DNA of 54,708 bases from a virus (IMGVR_UViG_3300021477_000008:1-54708), one strand, 5' to 3'. Shown: positions 36,504-45,475, numbered from the stretch's first letter. Numbers and translations: made by a program. The notes: generated from the sequence alone by a model not told the origin.

Positions 36504-37162
36504 GTGAACAATACCTCCTGTTGCAAGCGTCGGGCGGCGATTTCGCAGTACCGTTCCTCAATTTCGATGCCGATGGCTTTGCGGCCTAAATCCTTCGCTG
36601 CGCGGAGCGTTGTGCCGCTGCCCATGAACGGGTCAAGGATGGTCTGAGATTGATTGCTGCTCGCCAGAATCAGTTTATGAAACAACCATATCGGCTTTTC
36701 TGTCGGGTGTTCCGTGACGGATTCGGTCGGCCCCTTCCAAATAGCGGATTTGCAAAACTCGTTGAAGGGTGCTCCATTTCGTTTTGCAAAGACGCAAGCC
36801 TCAAGCCCAGATAGCCAGATAAATTGTCCGTTCATTGGCGAAGGATTTGTTTTCTCCCAAATACCAAGCCGTGTTGAAAATGCTCGTGCAACAAATCCAG
36901 CACGCAAAAGCGATACTTGTTCCGTGCCACACCAAACGTAAAAGCAGTCTGAATCGATGGACAATATTGCTTCGAGTTCGCCGCCTTTGATTTCGTCCGC
37001 AGACCCTTTGTCAAGGCAACGGAGCCCAGAGTCTTCTTGGTTCACTTCGCCATACGGTGGGTCTGTGAGAACCAAGTCCACCTTTGGCAGTGACGGCAGA
37101 ATCTCGCGGCAATCGCCGTGATAAATCACAATCCCCCGACCGTCATCGTAGTAGGGTTTCAT
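36500..37162 (-). CDS. DNA N4-C/N6-A methyltransferase (beta class, orphan)
   Basis: TDPPY, HPTEKP, DPFMGSGTT, GIEI. Confidence 0.95.
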   Translation of the reverse strand: MKPYYDDGRGIVIYHGDCREILPSLPKVDLVLTDPPYGEVNQEDSGLRCLDKGSADEIKGGELEAILSIDSDCFYVWCGTEQVSLLRAGFVARAFSTRLGIWEKTNPSPMNGQFIWLSGLEACVFAKRNGAPFNEFCKSAIWKGPTESVTEHPTEKPIWLFHKLILASSNQSQTILDPFMGSGTTLRAAKDLGRKAIGIEIEERYCEIAARRLQQEVLFT

Positions 37163-37203
37163 CTCACATCGCGCGGTTGAAGGTCATGGGAGATTCTGAT
37201 TGC

Positions 37204-37385
37204 ATCGTAGTCACGCAGCCACTCCATCAAAAATTAAATTGTTTGTCGAGCATTATTTTCTTGCTTGGCCGTTTTTGTTGTGGCCAAATGCGAGCCGTGA
37301 CTACGATAAAACTCAAATCTTCAAAGCCGCCGCCCGACTTCCTTCGATGGAATCGTAGTCACGTACGGTTGGGCGTCGGCCTTGA
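37204..37385. promoter_or_regulatory. Divergent promoter region with three copies of a 12-mer and a long hairpin
   Basis: ATCGTAGTCACG at 37204 and 37352, its reverse complement at 37296; stem 37321-37339/37367-37385. Confidence 0.65.
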
Positions 37386-37403
37386 GCATTTGGGGGAATC
37401 ACC

Positions 37404-38924
37404 TTGCAACCGCGCCCTTATCAGCAGCTTTGTCTCGACAATATTGTAAAAGGATTCGATGAATTTGACCGCCAGCTTTTAGTGCTCCCGACTGGCGGTG
37501 GAAAGACCATCGTGTTTTCCTGGCTGGCCAAACTGTTCCTGCCGCGCCGCACCCTCATCCTCTGTCACCGTGAAGAACTGATTGACCAAGCCATAGCCAA
37601 ACTCCACGCCTCGACCGGAATTGTTGCCGGAAAGGAGAAAGCGGAATTCGAGGCGTCCCGCCGTGACGACGTGGTCGTGGCCAGCGTGCAGACGATGATT
37701 CGCCGGTTTGACAAATGGCCCTCAGACCACTTTGGCTTGGTGGTGGCTGACGAAGCGCATCATGCCATTTCAGATTCTTGGCAGTCCGTCCTGAACCATT
37801 TCGTAAGCGCAAAGATTCTCGGCGTCACAGCCACTCCTGACCGGGGTGATAAGCGAAACCTTGGAAAATATTTTCAGAATGTCGCACACGAAGTTCCGTT
37901 GTTTGATTTAATCAATCAACAGTTTCTTTGTCCCATCGCCATCAAATCTGTTCCGTTGGAAATAAACCTGTCGGGGATAAAACAGGTGGCCGGTGATTAT
38001 GATGCCAACGGTCTGGATTCCGCTCTTTCTCCTTATTTCGACAGCATTGCCGACGCCATTAAAACGCACGCCTCGGGACGCAAGGTTCTCGTGTTTTTGC
38101 CGCTTATTGCCACCTCCAAGGCGTTTACCGAGTGCTGTGTGAGGCGCGGAATCAATGCCGAGCATGTGGACGGATATTCGGATGACCGAAGAGACAAGCT
38201 CGACTGTTTTGCCAGACGCGAGTTCGAAGTGCTTTGTAACGCGATGCTGCTTACGGAGGGGTACGACGACCCGTCCATTGATTGTGTGGTCGTTCTTCGC
38301 CCCACCCGTTCGCGCTCGTTGTTCTCCCAAATGGTTGGACGCGGCACGCGCATATCGCCCGGAAAGCACAACCTGCTTCTTCTGGATTTTCTGTGGCTGC
38401 ACGAAAAACATTCGTTGATAAAACCGGCGCATCTGATTGCCAAAACCGACGAGGAGGCGGACGCCATTTCCGCGATGGCCGAAGAGAAATCCGCCACGGG
38501 TTCACAGGACGATTTGGATTTGCAGGGGCTGGCTTCTGAATGTCAGGCCGAGCGCGAAAAGAAGCTCCGAGAAGAGCTTGCCCGAAAAGCCAAGCGCAAG
38601 TCCAAGGCGATTGATGCAATGGAATTTTTCCTGTCCGTTCATCAGCCCGATTTGGCTGCTTACGAGCCGGAAATGGAATGGGAATCCTCCCCCCTATCTC
38701 CGAAGCAGGCGGAAGTGCTGGAAAAAATCGGCATTGATGTTGAAACCATCACCTGCAAGGGGCACGCTTCAAAAATCATCAGCACTCTTTTTGAGCGTCG
38801 AAAAATGAATCTCGCCACCCCCGCCCAAGTGAAGTGGCTTGTCCGGTTCAAGCATCCGTCGCCGCACACGGCATCCTTTTCTGAAGCGAGCATTTTTCTT
38901 GACCAACATTTTGGAAAACGATGA
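37404..38924 (+). CDS. SF2 DEAH-box helicase (ResIII/Irc3-like)
   Basis: PTGGGKT, DEAHH, TATP, LTEGYD, QMVGRGTR; TTG start. Confidence 0.95.
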   Translation: MQPRPYQQLCLDNIVKGFDEFDRQLLVLPTGGGKTIVFSWLAKLFLPRRTLILCHREELIDQAIAKLHASTGIVAGKEKAEFEASRRDDVVVASVQTMIRRFDKWPSDHFGLVVADEAHHAISDSWQSVLNHFVSAKILGVTATPDRGDKRNLGKYFQNVAHEVPLFDLINQQFLCPIAIKSVPLEINLSGIKQVAGDYDANGLDSALSPYFDSIADAIKTHASGRKVLVFLPLIATSKAFTECCVRRGINAEHVDGYSDDRRDKLDCFARREFEVLCNAMLLTEGYDDPSIDCVVVLRPTRSRSLFSQMVGRGTRISPGKHNLLLLDFLWLHEKHSLIKPAHLIAKTDEEADAISAMAEEKSATGSQDDLDLQGLASECQAEREKKLREELARKAKRKSKAIDAMEFFLSVHQPDLAAYEPEMEWESSPLSPKQAEVLEKIGIDVETITCKGHASKIISTLFERRKMNLATPAQVKWLVRFKHPSPHTASFSEASIFLDQHFGKR

Positions 38925-40441
38925 GCGCCAATAACGGACACCGAAAAGCCAAGGCGCAATTCTCAACCGTTGCCGCGAACGGAGATTTGCTTCCTCCTCA
39001 CTCCATACCGGACGAAATGGGGCTGCTTGGTTCCATCCTGCTGGCGCCGGAGATTCTTGACGCCGTGCGGCGAGAGGGGGTCATTGGCCCGTGGTTTTAT
39101 GATTTGCGCCACGCGCTCTGGTTCAATCTGCTTTCCAACATGCAGTCCAAAAGCGAGGGAATTGATGCCGTTACTGTCGCCGGCAGAATATCCAGTTCCT
39201 CCCAACGCTCTGAATTCGGCGACCCTCATTACTTCTTTGACCTGCAAAACGCATCCCCTTCCGCACATAACTGGTCTTATTATATCCCCAAGTTGCGCTC
39301 TTGCTACGTTCGGCGCAGAACCCTGCAAGCGCTCGCTTCCGCAACCGAGATTGCCTTGGACGAAAGTCGGTCATCGCAATCTTTGCTCGCGGACTTGGCG
39401 GCGTCGGTTGAGGCCATATCCAAATCTCCCCAAACCCTTCCCGCCATCGAGGACGGGTGCGCTTTCGTTGACACCGACATCGAGTTGCCGGTTGAAATCG
39501 TCAAGGGGCTGCTCCATGTCGGCCTGAAATTCAGCCTCGGCGGCGGGTCAAAGACCTGCAAATCCTGGGTGTTGCTCGACCTCGCCATTTCGCTCGCAAC
39601 CGGCGCGGATTGGCTTGGTCTTCAAACTGTCCGTTCCAAGGTTCTGTTCGTAAACCTCGAAATACCGCGCCCATTCTTCCGCAAACGGATGGCCAAAATA
39701 TGCAAGGTGAAGGACGTTTCCCTTGAACCTGGATGGCTCGACGTTTGGAATCTGCGCGGCATGGAAGCCTCTGCCGATATTCTCCTGCCAAAAATCATCG
39801 AGCGCGCCCGAGATTCCGCTTACTCCCTCATCATCCTAGACCCAATCTACAAAACTTACGGCAATCTCAAGGAAAACGCCGCCGAGGATATGACACAACT
39901 CATGGCGCGATTCGAACGTCTTTCCCACGAAACCCATGCCGCCGTAGGCTTCGCCGCCCACTTTTCAAAAGGTAACCAAGCCCAAAAGGATGCCCTCGAC
40001 CGCATCTCGGGCTCGGGCGTCTTCGCCCGCGACCCAGACACCTGCATCACCATGACCGCCCTCGAAAAAGACGCCACGTTCGCCTTCGAAGCCAACGGAC
40101 TCCGCAATCTCCCGCCATTCAAACCGTTCGGCATAAAATGGCAATACCCCCTCATGCGCCGTGACGATTCCATAGACCCTTCCAAACTCAAAAAACCAGG
40201 AGGTAAACCAAAAGCCTACGACGAAGCAAAAATCACCTCCCTGCTCTCCGAAAAACCCCTCACCACCGTTGAATGGCAAAAACTTACGTTCTCAGAACTC
40301 GGCTATTCCCGCGCCAGTTTCTACCGCAGTATCAGAGACATTGAATCTTCCGGCTTCGCTTCCAAGTCCAAGTCAGACGAAACATGGCATCTCAACCCAA
40401 AGTTCAACCAGCCTCCTGCCTACCCGGAAATGCCAGATTAA
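38921..40441 (+). CDS. Replicative helicase: DnaB N-terminal-like domain plus AAA_25/RepA-like ATPase
   Basis: PPHS…E..LLG N-domain; GGSKTCKS Walker A; IILDP; HFSKG; SGSG. Confidence 0.85.
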   Translation: MSANNGHRKAKAQFSTVAANGDLLPPHSIPDEMGLLGSILLAPEILDAVRREGVIGPWFYDLRHALWFNLLSNMQSKSEGIDAVTVAGRISSSSQRSEFGDPHYFFDLQNASPSAHNWSYYIPKLRSCYVRRRTLQALASATEIALDESRSSQSLLADLAASVEAISKSPQTLPAIEDGCAFVDTDIELPVEIVKGLLHVGLKFSLGGGSKTCKSWVLLDLAISLATGADWLGLQTVRSKVLFVNLEIPRPFFRKRMAKICKVKDVSLEPGWLDVWNLRGMEASADILLPKIIERARDSAYSLIILDPIYKTYGNLKENAAEDMTQLMARFERLSHETHAAVGFAAHFSKGNQAQKDALDRISGSGVFARDPDTCITMTALEKDATFAFEANGLRNLPPFKPFGIKWQYPLMRRDDSIDPSKLKKPGGKPKAYDEAKITSLLSEKPLTTVEWQKLTFSELGYSRASFYRSIRDIESSGFASKSKSDETWHLNPKFNQPPAYPEMPD

Positions 40442-40501
40442 CCAACGTTTCTCATACTGTTGCCCCATGCCTTTCTTTCAGACTCCCTCTTAGTCTCAAT
40501 T

Positions 40502-40600
40502 GGTCTGATACCGAAGGTGAGACGGAAGGTTCAGTAGTCTCATTTCCTTATAGGAATGAGACACTGATACCAACCTTCCGAATCAGACCCTTGGTATCAG
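40502..40600. repeat. Nested inverted repeats downstream of the helicase (origin candidate)
   Basis: GGTCTGAT/ATCAGACC, CGGAAGGTT/AACCTTCCG, GTCTCATT/AATGAGAC; CTGATACC x2 plus an inverted copy. Confidence 0.6.
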
Positions 40601-41147
40601 TTCAGAATTGGGAAATTTAAGAAGCCAAAATCCCGTCCAAAAACTTCCCAAAATTTATCTCCGGCGTAAGTGGGCCATCACCACCACCAAATCCGAATCC
40701 GCTCGTTCAAATACAACGCCACGGGAAAACTCTCAGGCTTCCTGCCATCAGCCCAATTCCCCACCATGCCCCAATCCCAATCGCTCGGAAAGTAAACCGT
40801 CTCCCCAAATCTATCCAAAAATCCGTTCATCTCTCGATTATCCAAAAACACGCGGAAAAGTCAAAACATTCCAAAATTTAACCCCAACGTGAGAGGGGGC
40901 TATACGGATGGCCGCCCGGCCCGTTCCCCCTCCCCCTCCCTACCCCGTGGGGACGGTCTGGCCGTAAAGAAGATTCCTTTGAGCCTTCCGACGCGCCAGC
41001 GGTCATCGTAGAGCGATTGCGGGCCATCGTGGTGCGTTCTCGCTCGGCTCGTCTGCGCTCGCACCATCGCAGCGCGTGGAGCAGACGGGCAGGACAACGG
41101 CCGACATAACTTAGTAAGATATTGGTAATCATGTGGTTAACTAATTA

Positions 41148-41175
41148 TGTTCGCACAAGAAGGATTATATTCAGT
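41148..41175 (+). other. dif-like XerCD recombination site
   Basis: TGTTCGCACAA-GAAGGA-TTATATTCAGT; 8/11 matches to each arm of E. coli dif with a 6-bp spacer. Confidence 0.55.
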
Positions 41176-41197
41176 TGTTGATTGACAACATGTTAGG

Positions 41198-41683
41198 CTA
41201 TTTCGGCGGCTCTCGCGGCTCGACCGGCGCACCTCGTCCGCGCTCCTTCGGTTGGGATGGCTTGAGCGTGCCTTCGCCGGGAATTCCAGCGTAACGCCAA
41301 AGGGCCGCTTCGAGCTTGGCCAGCGTGCTAGCTTCTTGATGCCTGTCTTTGGGGTCTTTCAACGTCGCTAGGTTCTCCCTTGAGGCCTTGCACAGGGCTT
41401 TGTACGCGTGCACTAGGCCTTCCCGCTCCTTGTCGGACAGGTAGAGGGCTTGAGCAATTGTAGGAGCATCGGCGGGTTTACTAGGCAAAATGTTCCTAGT
41501 TGTGGTCTTGGCTTGTTCCCGCTTTGCTCTGCGGGCTTCGCCAGACTTCCGGCCAAGCTCAACAGCATTTGAACGTGTGATGAATGGGTGATAGGTGGGT
41601 TGTTCATCTGGTGTCGGACTATCAGGAACAGTGGATTGAACAACGTAAGGCGGGCTTTGATCTGTTAGGACGGCGGCATCCAT
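41198..41683 (-). CDS. Hypothetical protein, terminase small subunit candidate
   Basis: NAVELGRKSGEARRAKR motif; no terS candidate beside terL. Confidence 0.45.
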   Translation of the reverse strand: MDAAVLTDQSPPYVVQSTVPDSPTPDEQPTYHPFITRSNAVELGRKSGEARRAKREQAKTTTRNILPSKPADAPTIAQALYLSDKEREGLVHAYKALCKASRENLATLKDPKDRHQEASTLAKLEAALWRYAGIPGEGTLKPSQPKERGRGAPVEPREPPK

Positions 41684-41772
41684 TCGCTAGGCAAATTATG
41701 CCTACTCACTGGGAAAGCAAGTACAAAATAAAAGCCGCGTGGTTAGCGCGGCGTGATGGGTTTGGACCAACG

Positions 41773-42060
41773 CTAGTTATTTTCCGGTGTCTTACCCCAA
41801 GCATGAGCGACGTAGGCTTGGGCTACAGCCTTGAAATAATCTCGGACGGTTTGGAATAGTGACTCATTCCCGCTTGCGGTGATGGTCTTGCCGCCGATGA
41901 CCATCGGCGCGGCGTCAATGCTCCTGGCGAAGCGGATGAACTTTGAAATGGTCATGCGCTCGCAAGCGAAGAGCTTGCCCGAGACAATGACTGTCACGCG
42001 GAATTCCCGGAGTTTGGGCAGGAATACCGCCTTGAATTCGATGGGAATATTTTTCTTCAC
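41773..42060 (-). CDS. Hypothetical early protein
   Basis: GTG start with GGAGG upstream. Confidence 0.6.
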   Translation of the reverse strand: MKKNIPIEFKAVFLPKLREFRVTVIVSGKLFACERMTISKFIRFARSIDAAPMVIGGKTITASGNESLFQTVRDYFKAVAQAYVAHAWGKTPENN

Positions 42061-42722
42061 TTTCTTTCCCCTCCTGTGGCTTTGGTGAGCGCGGCGTCAA
42101 CCGGGAGCAGCGCACATCCGGCGAACATTTCGAGCGATGTTCGGTCGGCCATGTTAATACGCTTTTTTGACATTGCCATTTGCCGAATGTCCTCCAAGGC
42201 CGCTTCAGCATTTTGCAACGCCCTGACAAGCTCCTCATGGCAGTTCACGGCGCGGACGATGAATGCGGCGTTGGCCGTCACCGTTTCATTGTCCGTTAAG
42301 TGTTCGCTATCGAGGTAGCTAAACACCGGCCCAGGCGAGACGTGGCCGAATGCGAGCTTGCAGATAACGCGGGCATCTGGTGTTCCGACCGCGCCGACTA
42401 TTTCATTACCTTCCTGCTTCCACGGAGTCTTAGTGTGTGTGTTCATGTTCGGTGCGGGGTTGGGTAACTTCCCATTATTGAACGCGGTCGCCACTGCCTG
42501 AGCCTCGGCGCGAGTTGCGAACCATTTCGTATTTCGGTCGCCGGGGAACAGCACGCAGAACTTGTGCTTGTTCACCTGAACAGGGCTGTAATTCGGGGCA
42601 CGAGACTCCATCACCTTTGCCAGCCCGAACATGCTCACCGGCAAGTCGGATTTGTGTGATTCAGCCTCTTCGAGTGCTGTTTGTGATAATGTCGTCATAA
42701 TCTTTTTTTGGTTTGTTGTCAT
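42057..42722 (-). CDS. Hypothetical early protein (HT.TPW…ANAAFIVRAVN family)
   Basis: Common phage motif HTKTPW…ANAAFIVRAVNCHEELVRAL; start is 42722 or 42698. Confidence 0.65.
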   Translation of the reverse strand: MTTNQKKIMTTLSQTALEEAESHKSDLPVSMFGLAKVMESRAPNYSPVQVNKHKFCVLFPGDRNTKWFATRAEAQAVATAFNNGKLPNPAPNMNTHTKTPWKQEGNEIVGAVGTPDARVICKLAFGHVSPGPVFSYLDSEHLTDNETVTANAAFIVRAVNCHEELVRALQNAEAALEDIRQMAMSKKRINMADRTSLEMFAGCALLPVDAALTKATGGERK

Positions 42723-42737
42723 TGACGGGTGAAGGGT

Positions 42738-42753
42738 AGCAAGGGACATGCCA
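42738..42753 (-). promoter_or_regulatory. Sigma54 (-24/-12) promoter TGGCATG-TCCC-TTGCT
   Basis: GG-N10-GC; one mismatch to TGGCACG-N4-TTGCW. Confidence 0.7.
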
Positions 42754-42771
42754 TGCGTTACTTTGCTAGAG

Positions 42772-42918
42772 ATTCCACTTTTGAGACAGTTACTCAGGCC
42801 GAAAAGTGTCCACATTCGCACTTTGCATGTCTCAAAACGAGGCACATAAAACCCCTATAAACATTGGTCGAAATGGCTATGTTCCAAATATGGACAGTTT
42901 TTGTCTCATAGGTGGACA
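42772..42918. promoter_or_regulatory. Array of 17-bp imperfect palindromes (TGTCYCA-N3-TGRGACA-like)
   Basis: Sites at 42772-88, 42828-44, 42880-96 and 42902-18; half site at 42807-13. Confidence 0.65.
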
Positions 42919-42960
42919 CTCTATGTTTTAGACAATGTGTGATTCATTGACGTTTTAGGA

Positions 42961-42977
42961 TTGGCACGGGAAACGCT
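42961..42977 (+). promoter_or_regulatory. Sigma54 (-24/-12) promoter TTGGCACG-GGAA-ACGCT
   Basis: Perfect -24 box and GG-N10-GC spacing; predicted +1 at about 42988, next to ATG 42989. Confidence 0.6.
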
Positions 42978-42988
42978 TATTGGGTGAC

Positions 42989-43225
42989 ATGACTTCTACA
43001 AATGAATTCACGATGGGAAAAGCACTTGAGATTCAGAAGATGAATCTTGAGCAATGGGCAACCGTTCTTCGTCCCGAGATTCAATTTCGGCTTGAGCACC
43101 AAGCCGCGAAGATGAATGCGATGCTGCGCGATTGCGAAACTGGAAGCGAAAACCCTTACAACGTCTGGCGCGGCCAAGACATGACCGACTGGGTTTTGAC
43201 GCGAGCCTCGGAGCTTGCTCGATAA
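42989..43225 (+). CDS. Hypothetical early protein
   Basis: First ORF after the sigma54-like promoter. Confidence 0.6.
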   Translation: MTSTNEFTMGKALEIQKMNLEQWATVLRPEIQFRLEHQAAKMNAMLRDCETGSENPYNVWRGQDMTDWVLTRASELAR

Positions 43226-43254
43226 TCCCCCAACCCCCAAACGAAAGGTAACAA

Positions 43255-43500
43255 ACGAAAACAACATCTTTAATCAGCATTGGCGACGTAATTGTCGTCT
43301 CTGGGCCAGTTAAAAACGGCAATCCCTATCATCCGGGCAATAGAACCCTCTCTGGCGAATCCCGGCGCAGGGCGCTAGGCGGATTCAAGCACGGCCAGAA
43401 CTTCTCATATCTCACGTTTTGGCACGCCCCAGCCAGCGGCGGGGCGGCTCATCTGGAAAGCCCAAACAGCATTAATTGGGAAACGAGCGGAATCAACTAA
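43255..43500 (+). CDS. 81-codon ORF with ACG at the expected start (non-canonical start or start-codon mutant)
   Basis: GAAAGG SD 6 nt upstream; open frame KTTSLISIGDVIVV… fills the gap. Confidence 0.45.
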   Translation, partial: TKTTSLISIGDVIVVSGPVKNGNPYHPGNRTLSGESRRRALGGFKHGQNFSYLTFWHAPASGGAAHLESPNSINWETSGIN

Positions 43501-43520
43501 CCCCAACCCAGAAAGGACAA

Positions 43521-44111
43521 ATGAACACCGAATATCCCGAACTTGAAGCCGCGATTGAAGCCGCAAGAGACGCGCTAAACAGTGCCGCAGAGCCGTGGCA
43601 ACACAAACGAGAACAACTCGAAGCCGAAGAGAAGGCCGCGCTCGCTCCATTGCGAAGCGCATACGAATCCGCCACAGACCGATTGCAGGCCGCTAAGACT
43701 GCCGCACATGTCGCACGACGGAAAGCCGTATTCGACCAATGCCTGAACTCAATCCCGGATGCCGCGACGTTCGGCTGGTTCGCCTGTTGGTGCAAAGGGT
43801 ATCACGACAATGCGTTCCACAACTTTAGCCCGTCCAATGCCGCCCAGATTCAAACACCGAAAGTGCCGGGACTTACACTGCTCGGGCTAGTCGAGGGCAC
43901 TTTCTCGGGGGCTACCAAATTCTATGGCGCGTGGTCTGACAAGACACATAAGCTCGTCGGGCTGCTTTCGATTGAACCTGCCAAGCATCCAGGTGATTCC
44001 ACGGACGGTTACGCAACAGTGAACGGCAAGCCGGTTAAATTCGAGTCAGACCCGTGGACGGGCAAGAAGCGGCCATTCAAGACGTGGATTGCCCATCTGC
44101 GAACCATCTAG
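43521..44111 (+). CDS. Hypothetical early protein
   Basis: GAAAGGA SD; N-terminal coiled coil. Confidence 0.7.
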   Translation: MNTEYPELEAAIEAARDALNSAAEPWQHKREQLEAEEKAALAPLRSAYESATDRLQAAKTAAHVARRKAVFDQCLNSIPDAATFGWFACWCKGYHDNAFHNFSPSNAAQIQTPKVPGLTLLGLVEGTFSGATKFYGAWSDKTHKLVGLLSIEPAKHPGDSTDGYATVNGKPVKFESDPWTGKKRPFKTWIAHLRTI

Positions 44112-44139
44112 GAATATTGAACCAACGAAAGGACACATT

Positions 44140-44439
44140 ATGCATTATCAGAAATCGAAAATCAGCTGGGCTACTGCTCGCGGCACGCATACACTCATAG
44201 TGCCTGACGTGTCGGCGTCCGCCGGTGTTGACTGGGCGAAGGAAAACGGTTATACAACGCCGCAACCCCGTGTCGCCGTTAGGTTCAGCGCGGATTCTGT
44301 GCGTCACCCTCACCATTTGCATTTCCAAGCTACGGTCGAAGAATGGGAGGCATTCGCGAACGACCTGCTGAAAAGCGTGGCTCGGTCACGCGAGATGGCA
44401 GCGCAAATGGCAGAGGAAATCAAGGGGAGGGCCGTATGA
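44140..44439 (+). CDS. Hypothetical early protein
   Basis: GAAAGGA SD. Confidence 0.7.
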   Translation: MHYQKSKISWATARGTHTLIVPDVSASAGVDWAKENGYTTPQPRVAVRFSADSVRHPHHLHFQATVEEWEAFANDLLKSVARSREMAAQMAEEIKGRAV

Positions 44440-44615
44440 GCATTTTACTTGCGTTCTTCGCCGCGATTATCGCAGCAATGTATTGCGGTCTGATGATGTT
44501 CGGGATTACTCGCCCCCGCCATGATTGCCCGCGCTGGTCGTACGCAGTGCATCTTTTCATTGCTGGCGCGATTATCATCTTTTGCGTCTGGTATCTCGGA
44601 GGACAACACCCATGA
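44436..44615 (+). CDS. Small two-TM membrane protein
   Basis: MSILLAFFAAIIAAMY…; ATGA overlap. Confidence 0.6.
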   Translation: MSILLAFFAAIIAAMYCGLMMFGITRPRHDCPRWSYAVHLFIAGAIIIFCVWYLGGQHP

Positions 44616-44776
44616 AATCCCTATTCTACCGCGTGCTCTTTTGGCTGACGCACGATGTCCGGTGTTCCTGGTGTCGGGCGGTGCTGCACAAAGCGCCTCT
44701 ATACAACGGCAAGGTGAGCCATGGCATCTGCCGAAAGTGCCTGACTGAATTGCAATCGAACCTGAACTACGATTAG
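44612..44776 (+). CDS. Small zinc-finger protein
   Basis: CSWC…SHGICRKC; GGAGG SD. Confidence 0.65.
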   Translation: MKSLFYRVLFWLTHDVRCSWCRAVLHKAPLYNGKVSHGICRKCLTELQSNLNYD

Positions 44777-44803
44777 ACAACCCCAAACAAGAAAGGAAAT
44801 AGT

Positions 44804-45421
44804 ATGAGTCATGCAACAGTATTGGTAGCCGTGCCGCCTGATGGCGACATGGAAGAACATGTGTCCGCCGCAATGCGGCCATTCGATGAAAACGGCGAAT
44901 GGTTCTCTGACGGTAGCCGCTGGGATTGGTTCACGATTGGCGGTCGCTGGAACAATTACATGTTCCCCGGAAACATCATCCAAGTGAAGAACATTGCGCC
45001 AAATCAGTTTATCGAGCGCAAACGCCAGCGCGCCGAGGAAACTTGGGCCGAGATGCAGAAGGAAGATGACAAGCGACTGCTCAAGCTCATTTACGGCTTC
45101 GATGAGAAGGCCACGAAGGAAGACGTGTTGAACGATGCGTTGCGCTCATGGTTTCCCACGCATTACGCGTTCCTGCATGAAAAGAAATGGCATGAGCGTT
45201 CGCGCATGGGTTGGTTCGGATGTGATGCCAAGACGGAATGCGAAATTCGCGGCGACAATCCAAAGGTGGCCCGATGCAAGGCCGCATCCAAGAACGCGCC
45301 AGAGGCTTACATCGTATCCTGGGGAGATGATTCAGCGTCGTGGGACTTGAAGTTTTACAATCGCTTTATCCAGCCGTTGCCGCCGGAAACCGTGCTTGTG
45401 ACTGTTGACTATCACGTTTGA
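44804..45421 (+). CDS. Conserved phage protein (WDW..IGGRW…VDYH family)
   Basis: RWDWFTIGGRW and C-terminal LVTVDYHV. Confidence 0.8.
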   Translation: MSHATVLVAVPPDGDMEEHVSAAMRPFDENGEWFSDGSRWDWFTIGGRWNNYMFPGNIIQVKNIAPNQFIERKRQRAEETWAEMQKEDDKRLLKLIYGFDEKATKEDVLNDALRSWFPTHYAFLHEKKWHERSRMGWFGCDAKTECEIRGDNPKVARCKAASKNAPEAYIVSWGDDSASWDLKFYNRFIQPLPPETVLVTVDYHV

Positions 45422-45447
45422 CCGAGCCACCCGTCCTTCTGTGTGAT

Positions 45448-45475
45448 GCCTGCCCCTCACCGGGCAGGCTTTTTT
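45448..45475 (+). terminator. Rho-independent terminator
   Basis: GCCTGCCC-CTCACC-GGGCAGGC-TTTTTT. Confidence 0.85.

Noticed and set aside
40608-41132. ORFs of 65-94 aa in the skewed region
   Set aside because: Composition-driven open frames without RBS, overlapping probable cis-acting sites
43419-43434. Third sigma54 site (TTGGCACG)
   Set aside because: The GC dinucleotide is at N9 rather than N10 spacing, and the site lies inside an ORF
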